DNA of 64,000 bases from positions 15,748,001 through 15,812,000 of the forward strand of contig OZ004615.1 in the NCBI GenBank assembly GCA_963924565.1, written 5' to 3'. Position numbers and translations under genes: made by a program. The stretch comes from Ascidiella aspersa (Eukaryota). Below, piece by piece: positions 1 to 13,596 of this stretch (position 1 is the stretch's first letter; each line of letters begins with the position of its first letter). Below the pieces are notes generated by a model. It worked only from the letters and a program-made list of their open reading frames with translations, was not told the DNA's origin and ran no database searches.

Positions 1-1435
1 ACAGTGATGTCAAAAAGCGTGTCATTATGAACACATAAGAGTCCGACAGATAAATAACAAAAACCTCGACCTAATGTTATATTTGTAACATCATTTCTTT
101 TTACAATGGCAAACACCTTGCTTTCGTATTATTCTTTGTTACGTTTATAGTGCTGCGCAACCGGTGTGCCGCGACGTTCCCGTAGTTGCGTTAGGCCTAC
201 TTGTGTTTCAGGGTACTTTTCAATCAGTCGTATTGTAAGTATTTTGACCTTATGCAATATTTCAGGTATAAATTTATGAACATGCGCTCGAAACCCAAAA
301 AATATCATTGTAAAAATATTATTGGCATTTTATAATTAGTCTTGGGAGTTGTTTCGAAAAATATCTCAAGTTGCAAAATATAAAGCACCAATGTCTGGTT
401 TCATTTTCCAAATGCTATCAAAAGCCCTCTGTTTTCCGTTAGCTGTTGCAAGGAAGTACAATTTTTAGGACTCTAACTGGTTTCTGAAATTTTCAGAAAG
501 TCTGTAAAACCGCAAAATTAAAAGATAAAGGAATGTAATGCGTAAAACTTCCTGCGCCTTTGGCGCATTTTATTATAAACTACTTGTTTTTATATTGGCT
601 GCTCATGATATTGACTGGACCGCTTTATTTATTGAACTACTCGCCTTGGCGGTCCCAATCCACGCCATTAAGTATGGGGCGACGTAACGCATTTGAAATA
701 ATGTACAAGCTTTATTAATTTATTGTGTTGTTGAAACTTTATGTTTTTTCATTAAACGTTAAATGGGCCACCGCCATTTTTTTACTAATTTAGTGGGCCA
801 TGAGCAAAAAAAGGTTGAAAACCCCTGTCTTAGGACATCCTCTATAATAAAAGTTACGTCAATTCCCACAGATAAATATAATTTTTGTTTTAATATTATG
901 TTTGTCCAGTACATCTTTTTGCTAATGCGCGTATAAGCTACATGTTTGACCATGCAAAAAGGCTTCCTTAGATAACTATTCCCTGACCTAAGTTTCTGAT
1001 CTTAAAAAAATGTATTGCGTTTTCTGCAACAATATTCCCGGATTTGTATTGCGGAGCATTAAGCCCTTCTATTAAATTTTAAAGTCATATAGGCAGGGTT
1101 ACCATCTTCTAAAAACCAAAAATAAGCACAACAGTATATTGAGGTTTAATAAATTCTAGAATAAGACAAACTAAGCACACAACTCAAAGATAATCACGTT
1201 TCTTTGCAATAAACACATTAGTATTTTCTAAGACACTGCAGTCAAAAATAAGCATAACTCTTAGAAATAAGCGTGGTCTGGTAACTCTGCATATAGGCTA
1301 TCTTATGACAATCAATTTTTATAAAGTTTACTCGCATTGCCGATAAAGATTTACATTTTCCGCGCAAAACATATTTTTGAGCGGCAGATTGACTCAGAAC
1401 ACTATAAAAATGACGCACAGATAGAAATAAATTAT

Positions 1436-1598
1436 TATGAATGTCAACAACCAGGCGCAAAATCGCATAGTTTGTGAATGCACATTGCTTTGAATTTGGT
1501 CTCACGACATTACCGGAAGCGTTCTTGTTGAGTTGCAATTCGTCATACGTTGTGTGGTGATTAGACTTAAATCCTACGGCTGAGATAATGCTAGCCAA
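1436..1598 (+). other. Probable 5' UTR exon of UNC-93-like paralog A
   Basis: Aligns with 12237-12389 upstream of paralog B, and both end in an AA|GTAAG donor while the flanks diverge. Confidence 0.55.
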
Positions 1599-2307
1599 GT
1601 AAGCTATTATAAGAAAGTATATAGTCAGTATTCAGGTAATATTAAAAAGTGTGCGTTGACGAAATGGGGTGCGCAATTATGCAACTGAAGTCAGTTCGCG
1701 CTAAACACGAAAGTTTAGGCATTTGTAGTTAGCAAAAAATATTTTAACATTTTTAGGTGGATAGCCTCGTTGTTACCTATAAGTTATAACACTTTCGAAA
1801 CAAATCGTGTTTTGGTGTGATAATAACCGGGCCGGTGTATGTCTGCCTGTAAACGCAATTCAAGTTGTTCTTTGTAGTGTGTTTGAGCATTGTCTCCACT
1901 GCTCTAAGTGACAAACATGTTCTAACGACAAAAAAACTGTATATAATCCAATCACTAATGGTTTAAAAATCGACATGATGGAATAAAAACTTTTACACAA
2001 AAAAATAATCTCGCACTAGTGGTCTATGATATCTTAAGCATTACTCTTATTTTGCAATGATCACATAGGGCCTATATTTTTTTGGTGAGGCTGGGACTGC
2101 ACCCTCATCAGTCGAGCCTTAATCTGGCCCTGACAATATGCATACATTTAACCAACACAAACTTTTTTGTCAATAATTTTAGGACATTTTTAACAGGTAT
2201 TGCTGTTTTAAAAACTTTAGGGAATTGCTGTTTTAAAAACAATAATATACCGGTAGGACTGGAATTGCAGTTTAAGCGTGCCAAAAAATCGACATACGAG
2301 ATATATC

Positions 2308-5300
2308 ATGCCCGGGTGTTGTGCCTCCGTTGTGGCGCAATATTACATTTTAACTGTTGCCCTTCTGCTAAGTAGTTCGGTGTACATAGGTAAGTAATAC
2401 CAAACAAGATACGATACAATGTATAGACAACTTTTTTTATTTTGGATTAGCTCATTAAAAGATGGTTTAGAATAGCTGATAGGAAGCTGGTGTGCTTATG
2501 GCAAAGTACTCATTAAAAACAAAATTGAACAAAAAAATACCAATATTAGCAATCATATGGCAAAGTACTTTATAGGGTCACTTTATAAAGTAAACTATGC
2601 CCCTTTGGCCGAGGCTATATTTTTTGACAAACTTTAATATGTAGGCCTATAAACAAAAAATAAAGTCTATTCAACCAAAGGGCGCTATGCACAATATGGT
2701 ATGTGGCGCCGTTTTGACTTAATAACTCTATTATGTACAATTGTTTTAAATGAGACTACAAATGCTGTTATTTGGGAGCAATATGAAAATCTCTTTTTAT
2801 GTGTTATTTTTTTTCCAATTTCAACCAAATAAACGCAGTATTTCGAGATGCGCGCGATTAGGACTGATTATAGCCACCAAAGTTCACTGGAGAACAACAG
2901 GTGTCTTTAACAATAATTGTTTTATGACATCACGGTATGGCGCAACTTTGTGGCGTAATCCCTAAAAGTTTTCGTGGTACCCTAAAATAAAAGCACACTC
3001 ACTACAAAATCAATACCACTTAAAAGGAGTAGGGCATTGTTTAAAACAACTATTATTATTGGTCAACTTGTAATTATGTCATGAAGCAATCGGCATAACT
3101 TTATATAATAATGGTTGTTAAAAGTGCAATATTGTTTAGGAATTCTATCCTTGCAAAGCAGCGTCAACATTATGGGAAATATTGGAACAACATGTGCCAG
3201 TATTTTGTTCTTGTGTGCAATATTTCTCTTGTTGACTGCTACTCCAGTTATGTTGTTAAGGGTTGGACCAAAGTGGTGCCTTGTAACAGGAGAAATTGGG
3301 TACCTTTTCTATACTCTTGGAAATTTCTCTTTAAGTAAGTTGACAACGCGCCAAAATGCGCGCTTGACTCATTACATTGCATTATGTCAGTTCTTTCTGC
3401 CACTGCCAATATTTTATATTTGCCACAGAAAACAACATTTTTTACAGGTTATTACAGTATGATACCAGGCGCAGTGATTGGCTCTCTGGGCGAGGCGTTC
3501 GTGTGGTCTTCTGCTCCCCTTATTGTCACACACTTAGTAAAAGAAACTTGGGAAAAAAGAGATAAAGACGACCAAACCTCGCAAAGCATCGATCACCTGA
3601 GGAATAAATGGTTCGGACACTTTTACGCCATGCTGAAAGCCAGTCTGGTAGGCCATGTATAGTGGAATACATGTACTAATTGGGCCCATATATTTGGCAA
3701 AACACAATAATTCACGTCGAACGAATCATCATTATAAGACAAAACTGTGGTTACTAGCTGAAACATTATTTTTTAAAGGTACCGATAAAGTTCGATAATT
3801 TAGTGGTAGCCTACCGATAAGGCTATAGGATAGGTAATATAGTTTGATAACCATTTATTTTGTGGTTTATTGTCCAGATTATCGGCAACATTCTATCGTA
3901 TGCTGTGTTGTACGGCGGCCGGCACCTGAATGTCAACACAACAAAAGCAACCACAGACCTTTACAGCAACATTTCAATGTGCGGCAGCCGCTACTGTTAT
4001 GTAAGTGGGCAATTGGGCATAGGAAACCAGCGTAAGATTAATAGAGTTCGAATAGGAGTTAAAAAAACAGGGGCTAAAAATATATTGGGTTAATCTCTTC
4101 TTCTATTCTACAAATGTAGCATGCAGTATAAACGTTACCTTTTGAGGAGAAACATAGGAAAACGTTTGCTTGTGTCTGACAGGATTTTCATCAAACAGGC
4201 GCTAAAAACAAATACGTGCCGCAAAGTCGCTGGTCGATTCTACTGCTGGTCGGCGTCTACGCTCTCATGCAAGTCGCCAGTATCGCCATTCACTCATTTG
4301 CGCTTAAAAAAATTGTCACCAACGACGAAAACCAAGGTGCTTATGTCTTTTAACAAACTGAGCTTAGTTCGCGTCTGTCGTACAGGTCAAGAACAAGTAC
4401 TTTTGGGTCTAAACAAAAAATCAGATATGACGTCACAAGTTGCGTTATTACGTTTGGCCAATGTTCGAGTTAAAAAAAAATTAACCAAATAACTGGTGTG
4501 CAATCATGTAAGCGCGCAATAATTGCGTTTGTTCGATTTCGCATTCGTGTAACTGAGTCCACACGGCTCAAAGTTATCTATGTAGACGTAGATGACAAAA
4601 TGTGTCGCGCTTCTCGCAAATCTTGTTTGACTTTTTCGTGTCCGTTTAGCAAGCGTAAAAAGGCTTCAAAACGTTATTCTAAACTGCCATAAATAGTTTA
4701 ATAAATATATAACACAGTCATGCGTTATATATTACCTGACTACCGAAAGCAATGTATGTTTATTCAGTGACCTCTTTTAACAGTTATGTTTATATATATA
4801 TACGGATTTGTTTGCAGAAAGCCGCGTGCTATATCTTCTGGCATCATCTATCAAGACGACTTTTCGCCATATTTTTTCTCTCGATAACCTTCTATTAATG
4901 CCAGTGGGTCTCTACTATGGTGGAACTGTGTCGTACGCAGCCTCAAATTTTACAAGGGCGTTTGTTTCTTGTACGACTGGAGTGCAGCAGGTATGTTTAA
5001 ATTTTGGTTTAAACGAGGATACAGTGTGCAACATGGCACACAATAAGATATTAAATTTTGCAGAATGAATTACGCTTGAAAGGCACCCCCACATTTTCCA
5101 ACTCGTACCGGCTTTTAAAATAAGGGCTTTCATTTAAAAGTAACCATAATGATGCTGTATTATTATTTTACTCTGATCGTATCTTATAGCAAATGCATGG
5201 AAACTTTCTTGTTATGTTACTGAAAGGTTAATTGGGTATTTCCGCTTGGACCCTAACGTGCTGTTGATGGACTATCACCAATTTGTTGTAATACATTATC

Positions 5301-7281
5301 ATACACGATAATAAGGTAGCACATCCTGTCTATAAACATCTTCCAATATTTCATGGAGCTTTACACAACAAGAACTCGTTAATTAACCCATAATAATGTC
5401 TTATGGGGTACAACCGCAACTCGTTTATTAATGTATTTATAGGGATGTTCCTCCGCAGTTCCTTTTGTACATTATTCTTGCAATAAAATTAAAAAAAGAA
5501 TTATCATCCGTGTCTTTTTGAGGTGCTAGCTAGAAAAACATTACTTTCGTCCAGGGATCAAAGAAGAACATTTTTTTTTTCGGAACAATAATACAATTTG
5601 TACACAGTTACGTAATTTCAGGACGTTTTGAACAAGTAACCTTACGAAACGTAAGGTTATCGATCTAGTACACAAATATACAACTGAAATTAATTCTAGG
5701 TGATGTACGTTGTCGTCCCGGTAAAAACTGAACATGTTTACCAGTAAGGCATACCGGCCAAAGCCCTTTGTTCGGAAGGCCGTTCCGGCAGTAATTATTT
5801 TAACCGGAACGCCGTTTCGGCTAACTTTCACTCCTGTTGTTTACTGCGACACCCTTTACCCAAGGGGGGTTGGATGAGGTTGTTTGGGGTGTCGCCGTAC
5901 TTACTGTCAAACAAAAATTGAAGAAAAATAGCAATATTAGTAAAAGGAAATAAGAACAACCGCCAGTCTAACAATGGCATGTTTGACATTTGTTTTACTG
6001 AACTATAGTTTTGCTGATGACGTTCATTTATTTTTTTGCTCATCAATGGCCAAAGCATAGCGGCTGTCCCGCGACAATAAAAAAATTGGCAACTATTGAT
6101 CACGTAAAAAAATATGTGTTAATTCGTGAAAATACTATTTATTAGCAATGGTTGTTAGATGACATATTTCGATCATGTAACTTGGATGTTTTTCACGAAA
6201 TCAGCAAAAAAACTTCTTTGTTTTTATAAAATTGTAAGGACGTGATAAACTATTTCAAGCAACGGTTTTTAAGTGTTTTGTAAGTTTATGGTTTAAAAAA
6301 CGGTGGAAACAATGTTACTTTTATAGTTATTTACCCTATCCTATACTGCTGTATATAAAACATTCATAGTTATGCTTGAAGAAATGGTAAACTCAAAATT
6401 AAAAAAAAAAATTTTTAGTGGGTCCGTGACCGCTTAGGGCGCCAATAAAGGTCCGCCTAGCTTAAGAACCACGGATTTAAACAAAGATAAGTTCAACCCA
6501 AGTTAGACTCGATTCCCAAGAAACTGTGTTTAGGTATATGCACATGGTTATACTATATTGTAAACCAAATGCACAACTGCATACTTCGTTTCAACGTCAT
6601 AGATTGGACTTGTGATGTGCTTCTACGGGATTTTGAACGTCCTGACAGCTTTCGCTGTTGGTCGGTTGGCTCATCGCTTCGGGCTTGTGCCAGTTGTGAC
6701 AATCGGATTTGCCCTTGACTTGTCGGATTGGCTGACTCAACTGTTTTGGATGCCCACGAAGGCATCCCGGTACTACTGGACTTACGTCATCGCAAGTATG
6801 CTAGGAGCATCAGACGGCATTTGGCAAACAACAGCGTCCGGTGAGTAAACTTAACCATACGTAACTTAAAATGAATTACACCTAGCTTAAACATATTTTT
6901 GGTCCATGTAATAGTGCGTAAACACGCTATCAACCTGTGCTAGAAATACGCGTTAACATGTTTAAACTATCAAGTCCCCTTTACAGATCAACTTTTACCC
7001 GTTACCGTTTTTACATGCCCTAACTTTCCAACGCAGCAATTACGGCACTCTTTTACGCCGACCGTGCTGAGACTGCCTTTGCTTCGCTCAGCCTCTTTAT
7101 TGTGCTTGGCCTTTTCTTCGGGTTTTTCCTCAGCGGCAGGATCTGCGTTCGGATACAGATCTTCCTAATGATCGGCAACCTCGCGCTGGTTGCGGTTGGA
7201 TATGCTGTAGCCGAAGCTCGGAGAAGACGAAGAAAGTCTTCTGATGCCGAGAGACAAACTTTGATATCACAAAATAATTAA
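2308..7281 (+). CDS. UNC-93-like MFS membrane protein, paralog A (8 coding exons, 469 aa)
   Basis: Hand-spliced exons 2308-2389, 3140-3334, 3448-3647, 3878-4000, 4183-4336, 4818-4990, 6603-6840, 7037-7281. All introns are GT-AG with consistent phases; total 1410 nt. UNC-93-type motifs: GILSLQSSVN, GPKWCLV, G..EAFVWS, NISMCGSRYC, FTRAFVSCTTG, LGASDGIWQT, ETAFASL. Multiple TM helices. Confidence 0.9.
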
Positions 7282-7694
7282 TAATATGCGAGTTGTGTTG
7301 AAGAACTTCAGCATGATTGTCGAGATTTCTGGCCAGACGTCTCACGTAGCAATAAATGCGAATGTAAGAACTTTTGCCATTATTATGTGTTCCTTTCTTT
7401 CTGCAAATGCTCGAGTTATGTGTAATAAGTGGTCTGTAAGATTACAAGCACGACACATATTCATATTTGAAAAATAATGATTCTTTAGTAAAAGGGCTAA
7501 AAATGCGAATTAAGATGGACCCTCAAAAACTTTTCGTTAATGAAAGATTCTACCACAATTGCATTGCAATACCATGAAGCATACATGGGTAAAACGAAAA
7601 AGTGTAATGCAGTCTCCCAAGTTTCGTTTAAGAATAATTTAATCCCAAAATTAAAAAAAACTTACCGACCAAATCAAATGTTTTGCAATATTTT

Positions 7695-8030
7695 TTAAAC
7701 TTTCACGCAACTTGTACGCTTTCTGCAACCTAATATAGCATCCACATCACATTTTTGCAGTTTGGTTTGTTGATGGTTCACATTCGTGTCGAATTCGCTT
7801 CCGCTTTGTATTTCCGTCAACCATCGAATTCGGGTAAGAACTGTTCGTTTAAAATTAAGAACTGGAATAGTGCTGCAGCCACTGTTCCATAGTTGTTTTA
7901 AATCACAGCACAACTAAAGCCTATCGTTTAAGGCGATTTTTTCGTGGAGGAATTAGAATTTGCTTGTTGGTCGAAATGCCCGTTGGTGGAAATTTAAGGT
8001 AAATCGCTTCATATTGTGGTTATTCTAATG
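7695..8030. repeat. Interspersed repeat, copy 1 (second copy at ~63215-63990)
   Basis: Shared blocks caacttgtac.ctt, ttccgtcaaccatcgaatt, tgttccatag.tgttt, aatttaaggtaaatcgctt, tgtggttattctaat. Confidence 0.75.
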
Positions 8031-9598
8031 AAGTAAAGATTTGCATGCTAAAAGTGACCTAGAAGTAGTAAATTCATGTAGTTTCATATTTCTAACAGAC
8101 CTAAGCGGAGATATAAACGATTGAAAACGTAAAAACGGTCGAAATGACCGCACCGATAATTCTAGTGTTATTAAGCAATAAATTGCTAAATTATTAGGCT
8201 AAACTCAATGTTAGAAGCTTACAAAGATTTTGTTACATTGGGATTGCGTACAAGATTTGCACAAAACATGTATAAATTTATAATAGCATTTAATTTAGAA
8301 AACATTTAGGGGTGAAATGATCTACTTCTATGAACCCAAATTAGTTGTTTCTTTTTTGTGTTTCGAAGAAATGCCGACATTTTAGTGAAATTGGTTTGCG
8401 AGCTATTTTGTAGTTTGCTGGCGTTGGCCATACAATCATTATAGAATATTATGTTTTGTCATCTTCATTAACTAGAATGCAAAAAATAGAGTGATTCTCA
8501 ACATTTGCAGTGATTCTCAACATTTTTCATCCCGTGGACCCCGTTAACCTCCAAAAAAAACTCAATTCCCCTTAATAAAATTCGCACCTGCAAATAATCC
8601 TTTAGTTATTTCAGCACAAAACAGAGTAAAACCTCTTTAAAGTTGAAAATTTTTGATTTGCTATATAAGTATAAAATTATTAGTAATTAACTAATAAACT
8701 TAGCTGAATGATATTTGGCAGAAAACAAAGCAAGCAGGTGACAGTAAATAACACAGTACACGTGGCACATTGTGACTTAATAATAAGGAAATGTACACCA
8801 CAGTAGGCCTACTGCTTAGATTTTATACCAGCCTCTGCTCATAACTTGCTTCAAATTTTCATATGCATACATACAATTAGTAACCCTAACTAAAATTGAA
8901 AATAACTGACGTTTTCATTTTTGCTTTTTTATGTGAAATACTAGCTATGAAAGCAATGCAATTTTTCAATGTATTGTATATCTGAAAACAAAAAATCAAA
9001 TTTTTTTTGGTACAAACAATGCTCCTTTCAAAGTGGTGCGATCAGCAAAAATGTTGGTAACCCCTCGCTTATGCCATCACAGAAAATTGACTAATAGAAG
9101 GATAATAAACTCTCCGATTTAATTATAAGGGACAAATTATGTGATGATTTAACCTAAATCAGGCAGCATAACTTTCCGATGTAAATACTTTTCGATTTAA
9201 CCTAAATCGGAACAAAATGTTGTCCGGTTTAGGTTAGTTGGACAGTTAATTTGTCCGATTTAATTGTTGTCCTAATTAAATTAAATTTTGTCCAAATTAA
9301 CTTATATAGGTCGACTAATTTGAAGGCGCTAATCACATTAAAGTTAAGTTCGTTCTGCAATCATTTCAAAGATTTGGGCGATTTAACATAGGTTTCGAAA
9401 AGTTAAAAAACGTATTTGTCAAAGTTCCTAAAGTTTTACTTGAGAGGGTATTGGAATCAAAGGGCATTTAAGGCTTCTAACGAATCGTCTGGCATTCAGA
9501 CAAAGAAGCAGAATCACATAAAATTAAATTCGGTAATTTGAAATTTCAATTTAGGTTGAAACACATACCCGTTTACGAAGTGAAACGAATGCCTATAC

Positions 9599-10131
9599 CA
9601 GGGGTGGGCAAATGTATTCAATCGAAGAGCCATTTGCAGAAAATGCAAGTAGCAGAGAGCCTCAAAATTATTTCAATACAAAAACGGTAAATAATGCAAA
9701 TTCAGCAATACCAGAGTTGTAATATAACAAAACGGTAATAATTAACACAATAATAATAACGGTAATAAGAAAACAACAGGCAGAATATTTATCAATGTCA
9801 GTCTTTTGTTTGATTTGCTAATCTCTGAAAGCACAGCCTTATTACAATGCGATTAAGCCTTTTGTTTGATTTGCTAATCTCTGAAAGCACTGCCTTATAG
9901 CGATGGGATTACGTTGACTTGCTGTTAACTAACTTTCGGATTCTATGTCTAGTGTTACGTCATAAACGAAATGATTCCCTAAATAAAGAAATCAAAAGGG
10001 GAGAAACGTCCATAAACGTTACTCTTGGCAGCCATAATTTTTTTGAAATTTTTGCGATTCGACTAGAAGAGCAACAAAAAACATGCAGGGGAGTCGCATG
10101 TGACTCGCGAGCCGCAGTTTGCCCACCCCTG
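9599..10131. mobile_element. Non-autonomous hAT MITE
   Basis: TIRs CAGGGGTGGGCAAA...TTTGCCCACCCCTG; 8-bp TSD gcctatac/gtctatac. Confidence 0.85.
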
Positions 10132-12236
10132 GTCTATACAGTATGTTTGTAATTATTTGGCAAAATGTTTGGGATTGTCCCTTAAAAGGAGAGATTTAAA
10201 AAAAAACTTGTTGAATTTGAATGTATAAGGTAGGAATTATATTTGTGCAAATATTCAAAGTGACGTTTGATGACTATTATACATTAACTTTGAAAGCAAA
10301 ACAATCTGACAGACTTGCAGCACACCTAGCAAGGTTTTGTGGCACACAAGTGGCAGAGCATATAGGGTAGATAATAAGCTGATACTGTGAAGCGACAATA
10401 GACGATTATGAACATAATACACTCTTTACAACACCCACAGTGATCTTCGGACTACCTTACTTTTTATGTTCAAATAATTGTAAATCACTGCCTGGGACGG
10501 AGCCAATTATGACCCCGCTAAACTATATTTTCTGCCTGTTTTATATACCTATTTAAAATTGTTGGAAGCTTCGCGCAAAAACTTGTCTTTCCCAAATGTT
10601 TTACTCGTCTTCAGGCTTCTTTACAGAAAAGTGGCGCTATCTTTTCGTGTTTCTCTCGTTTTATACCGTCTATGCAAGTAATCATTGTTTACCGTAGGGG
10701 AAGCAGGGGATGCCTCATATGTTTTTTTCCAACTGTCTATACCTTTTTTTTTAATGTATTATGCGTATAAATTTTGCTTCACTAAATAGACCAATCTTCT
10801 GTTAAAAAATTGTACGAATTCTAATTTCTTAATAACAAAATTAGACGTGCGCCAAAAACGACCCAACCGAAAGTCACTCGCATATCTTAGCATGAAAGGA
10901 CAAATAGATAATCGCATAGCCGCTGATACGTGGACCGAACACGGTGAACTATATAGATGTTTATATGGCATTTTTATTCCTAGAGATTTCCTCAGTTGTC
11001 AATTATCACTGGTCAACAGCAAATTTTAAACGGAGATGTGATAGATTTTTTCGTAATGTGTGGTCTCCCTGAGAAAATTGAAAATTGAATGAAGTTAAAA
11101 ACGAAAGTTCAAAACCAATTCTGTTTTCCAGACAGATTTATACAGCCTTAATGTAGATGCGCTTCTATTAGGATTAAAATAAAACCACTTGCTTGAGATT
11201 GATGTAGTATTAAGACATTTTCTGTATATTATAGTTGAACGTCTTTTTCGGAACAAAAACGACATTTTATGCAATAAAACCCCGTCACCAAGAATTTTAG
11301 AAATGGGGAATATTTGAAAATTCCATCATAGAAGTTCTATGGTGATGACTTGAGTTATGTGTATAAAAAAGTTATGTCAGACGATTTTACGGGCCTCGTA
11401 TTACACCCGTGCATTGTTTTTAATGCGTTTTTTCGTAAAATTAAAATTCGACAATATTTTAAAAATGTGATGTGCTAGAGAAAAACTAAAGGTATATTCG
11501 AAATCAGGGCGAAATATACATCTAAGATGAAATACTTACATTCTCGTTTAGGAAAAAAAAATGAAAATTTGTTGGCCAGTGTTATGTTTCTAATATGTCT
11601 TAGCCCATTTTCTAAAATAATTTTAGCCCACAGGCGCCATGTGTCTTATAACACCCTCTTAATTGAAAGCTTGTGCCGCCACTCCGTGCCGTCGTTCCCC
11701 TGACCATATAGTTGATTTTAATCCTGCATGTATTTACATTTCTCTGCCAGGTTAACAAATTTAACCCTTACACGTATAGTGGTTTTCTAGACGAGCCAAA
11801 TCTGGTTAATAAAAAGTAACAAAATTTTAAAGAAGACAAGAAGGTTTGCTTAATTGATATCACGTTCGTATCGGAAAAGCCTTGTCCGATGTAGGCCTAT
11901 CCCAAATAGACTCAAACAGTTAATATATTTGTAAGTTTTTGGTCATTCGAGCGATCTTTTTACGTGTTATCCCCACAACCTCATAACTCCTTACATAATA
12001 ACAGGTTCTAAAGCTTAGCTGTTGTATAGCGAATATGGCGTCATATTGTGTGTATTTGAGATCCTATGTTTGACCTGGCACGCCACTATACGTTTTATGT
12101 TTCTCACGCGGTAAAAAAATGTTGCCTATACCCCTGCTGAAGCGTATGTGGATGATACTATACCCAGTTTAACACATTTTTAAGCTGTAAATTGACATAG
12201 AAAAAAATAAAACTGACACGAAGGTAGAACGAAAGA

Positions 12237-12389
12237 ATGAAGGTAAACAGTCAGCCGCAGAATCGCATTGATTTGCGAATGTATTTGGTTTCACGACGTT
12301 ACCGGAAGCGTTTCTGTTAGGGTGCAATTCGTCATACGTTGTGTAGGGATTAGACCAGTGTATCCTATGGTTGAGATGACGCTAGCAAA
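12237..12389 (+). other. Probable 5' UTR exon of UNC-93-like paralog B
   Basis: Homologous to 1436-1598 (shared tcacgac.ttaccggaagcgtt...tgcaattcgtcatacgttgtgt); ends in a GTAAG donor. Confidence 0.55.
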
Positions 12390-12794
12390 GTAAGTAATTA
12401 ATTATTGTGTGTTTGTACCAAGAAGGCTTTTGCATAAGGCAAAATGAAATCAGTTTAGGCCGGCGTTTTGCAAAATGCTGCTCTATGTCTCACTGCTGAA
12501 AGTAGATTTTGCTAAAAGCAAGCAAGCTATAACATAAATAGTATATATGTAAATAATGTTATTTAAGTGTAAGCTGCATTTAGGATTTAGCACTGACAAC
12601 GCTCTAAATAGGTGTAGGCAAGCATGTTTTCCAGGTTTGTGTACTATTAAACTATGCAATACATTGTAACTCAACTAACCATAATTTTCTTTTTGACCTG
12701 AACACAGTTCAATGATGTTTTATTAGGCTTTGCTGTTTTTTAATAAAGTTCATTTTATGCGTACTACAAAATAAAGCAATATACCGACCATATC

Positions 12795-13563
12795 ATGTCG
12801 ACCTGTTGTACCTCTGGTGTGGCACAGTATTACGTTTTAACAGCTGGCCTTCTTCTCAACACTTCAGCGTATGTTGGTAAGTAGTAACTAGGTTACACAT
12901 ATTTGCCAATGATAATAATTTTGCAATGTTTTTTTAGGAATTCTAGTTCTGCAAAGCAGCATCAACATTGTTGGAAATATTGGAACAACATGTGCCAGTA
13001 TTTTGTACTTGTGTGCTATATTTCTCTTGTTGACTGCAACTCCGGTTATGCTGCTCAGGATTGGGCCAAAGTGGTGCCTTATTGTAGGAGAAATTGGGTT
13101 CCTTTTCTATACTCTTGGAAATTTCTTTTCAAGTAAGCTGAACATGCCAAATGCAGACATGCCAACATACTTAGGCTACTACTCACATAGTATTATGTCA
13201 GCCTGTTCTACCATTGTGCGTTTCATATTTGGCACAGAAAATAACATTTCTTCACAGGTTACTACAGTATGATACCAGGCGCAGTGATTGGCTCTCTGGG
13301 CGAAGCTTTCGTGTGGTCTTCTGCCCCCCTTATTGTCACGCACTTAGTAAAAGAAACTTGGGAAAAAAGAGATAAAGACGACCAAACCTCGCAAAGCATT
13401 GATCACCTGAGGAATAAATGGTTCGGACACTTTTACGCCATACTAAAAGCCAGTCAGGTAGGCCGTAATATAATGCATTTACTATTCATACACATTAAGT
13501 TAAGGTTGTGGTCGTAAACGAGAATACTTCTACGTCTAACAAATCATCGTTATAATAGTATAA

Positions 13564-13596
<33 letters not shown>
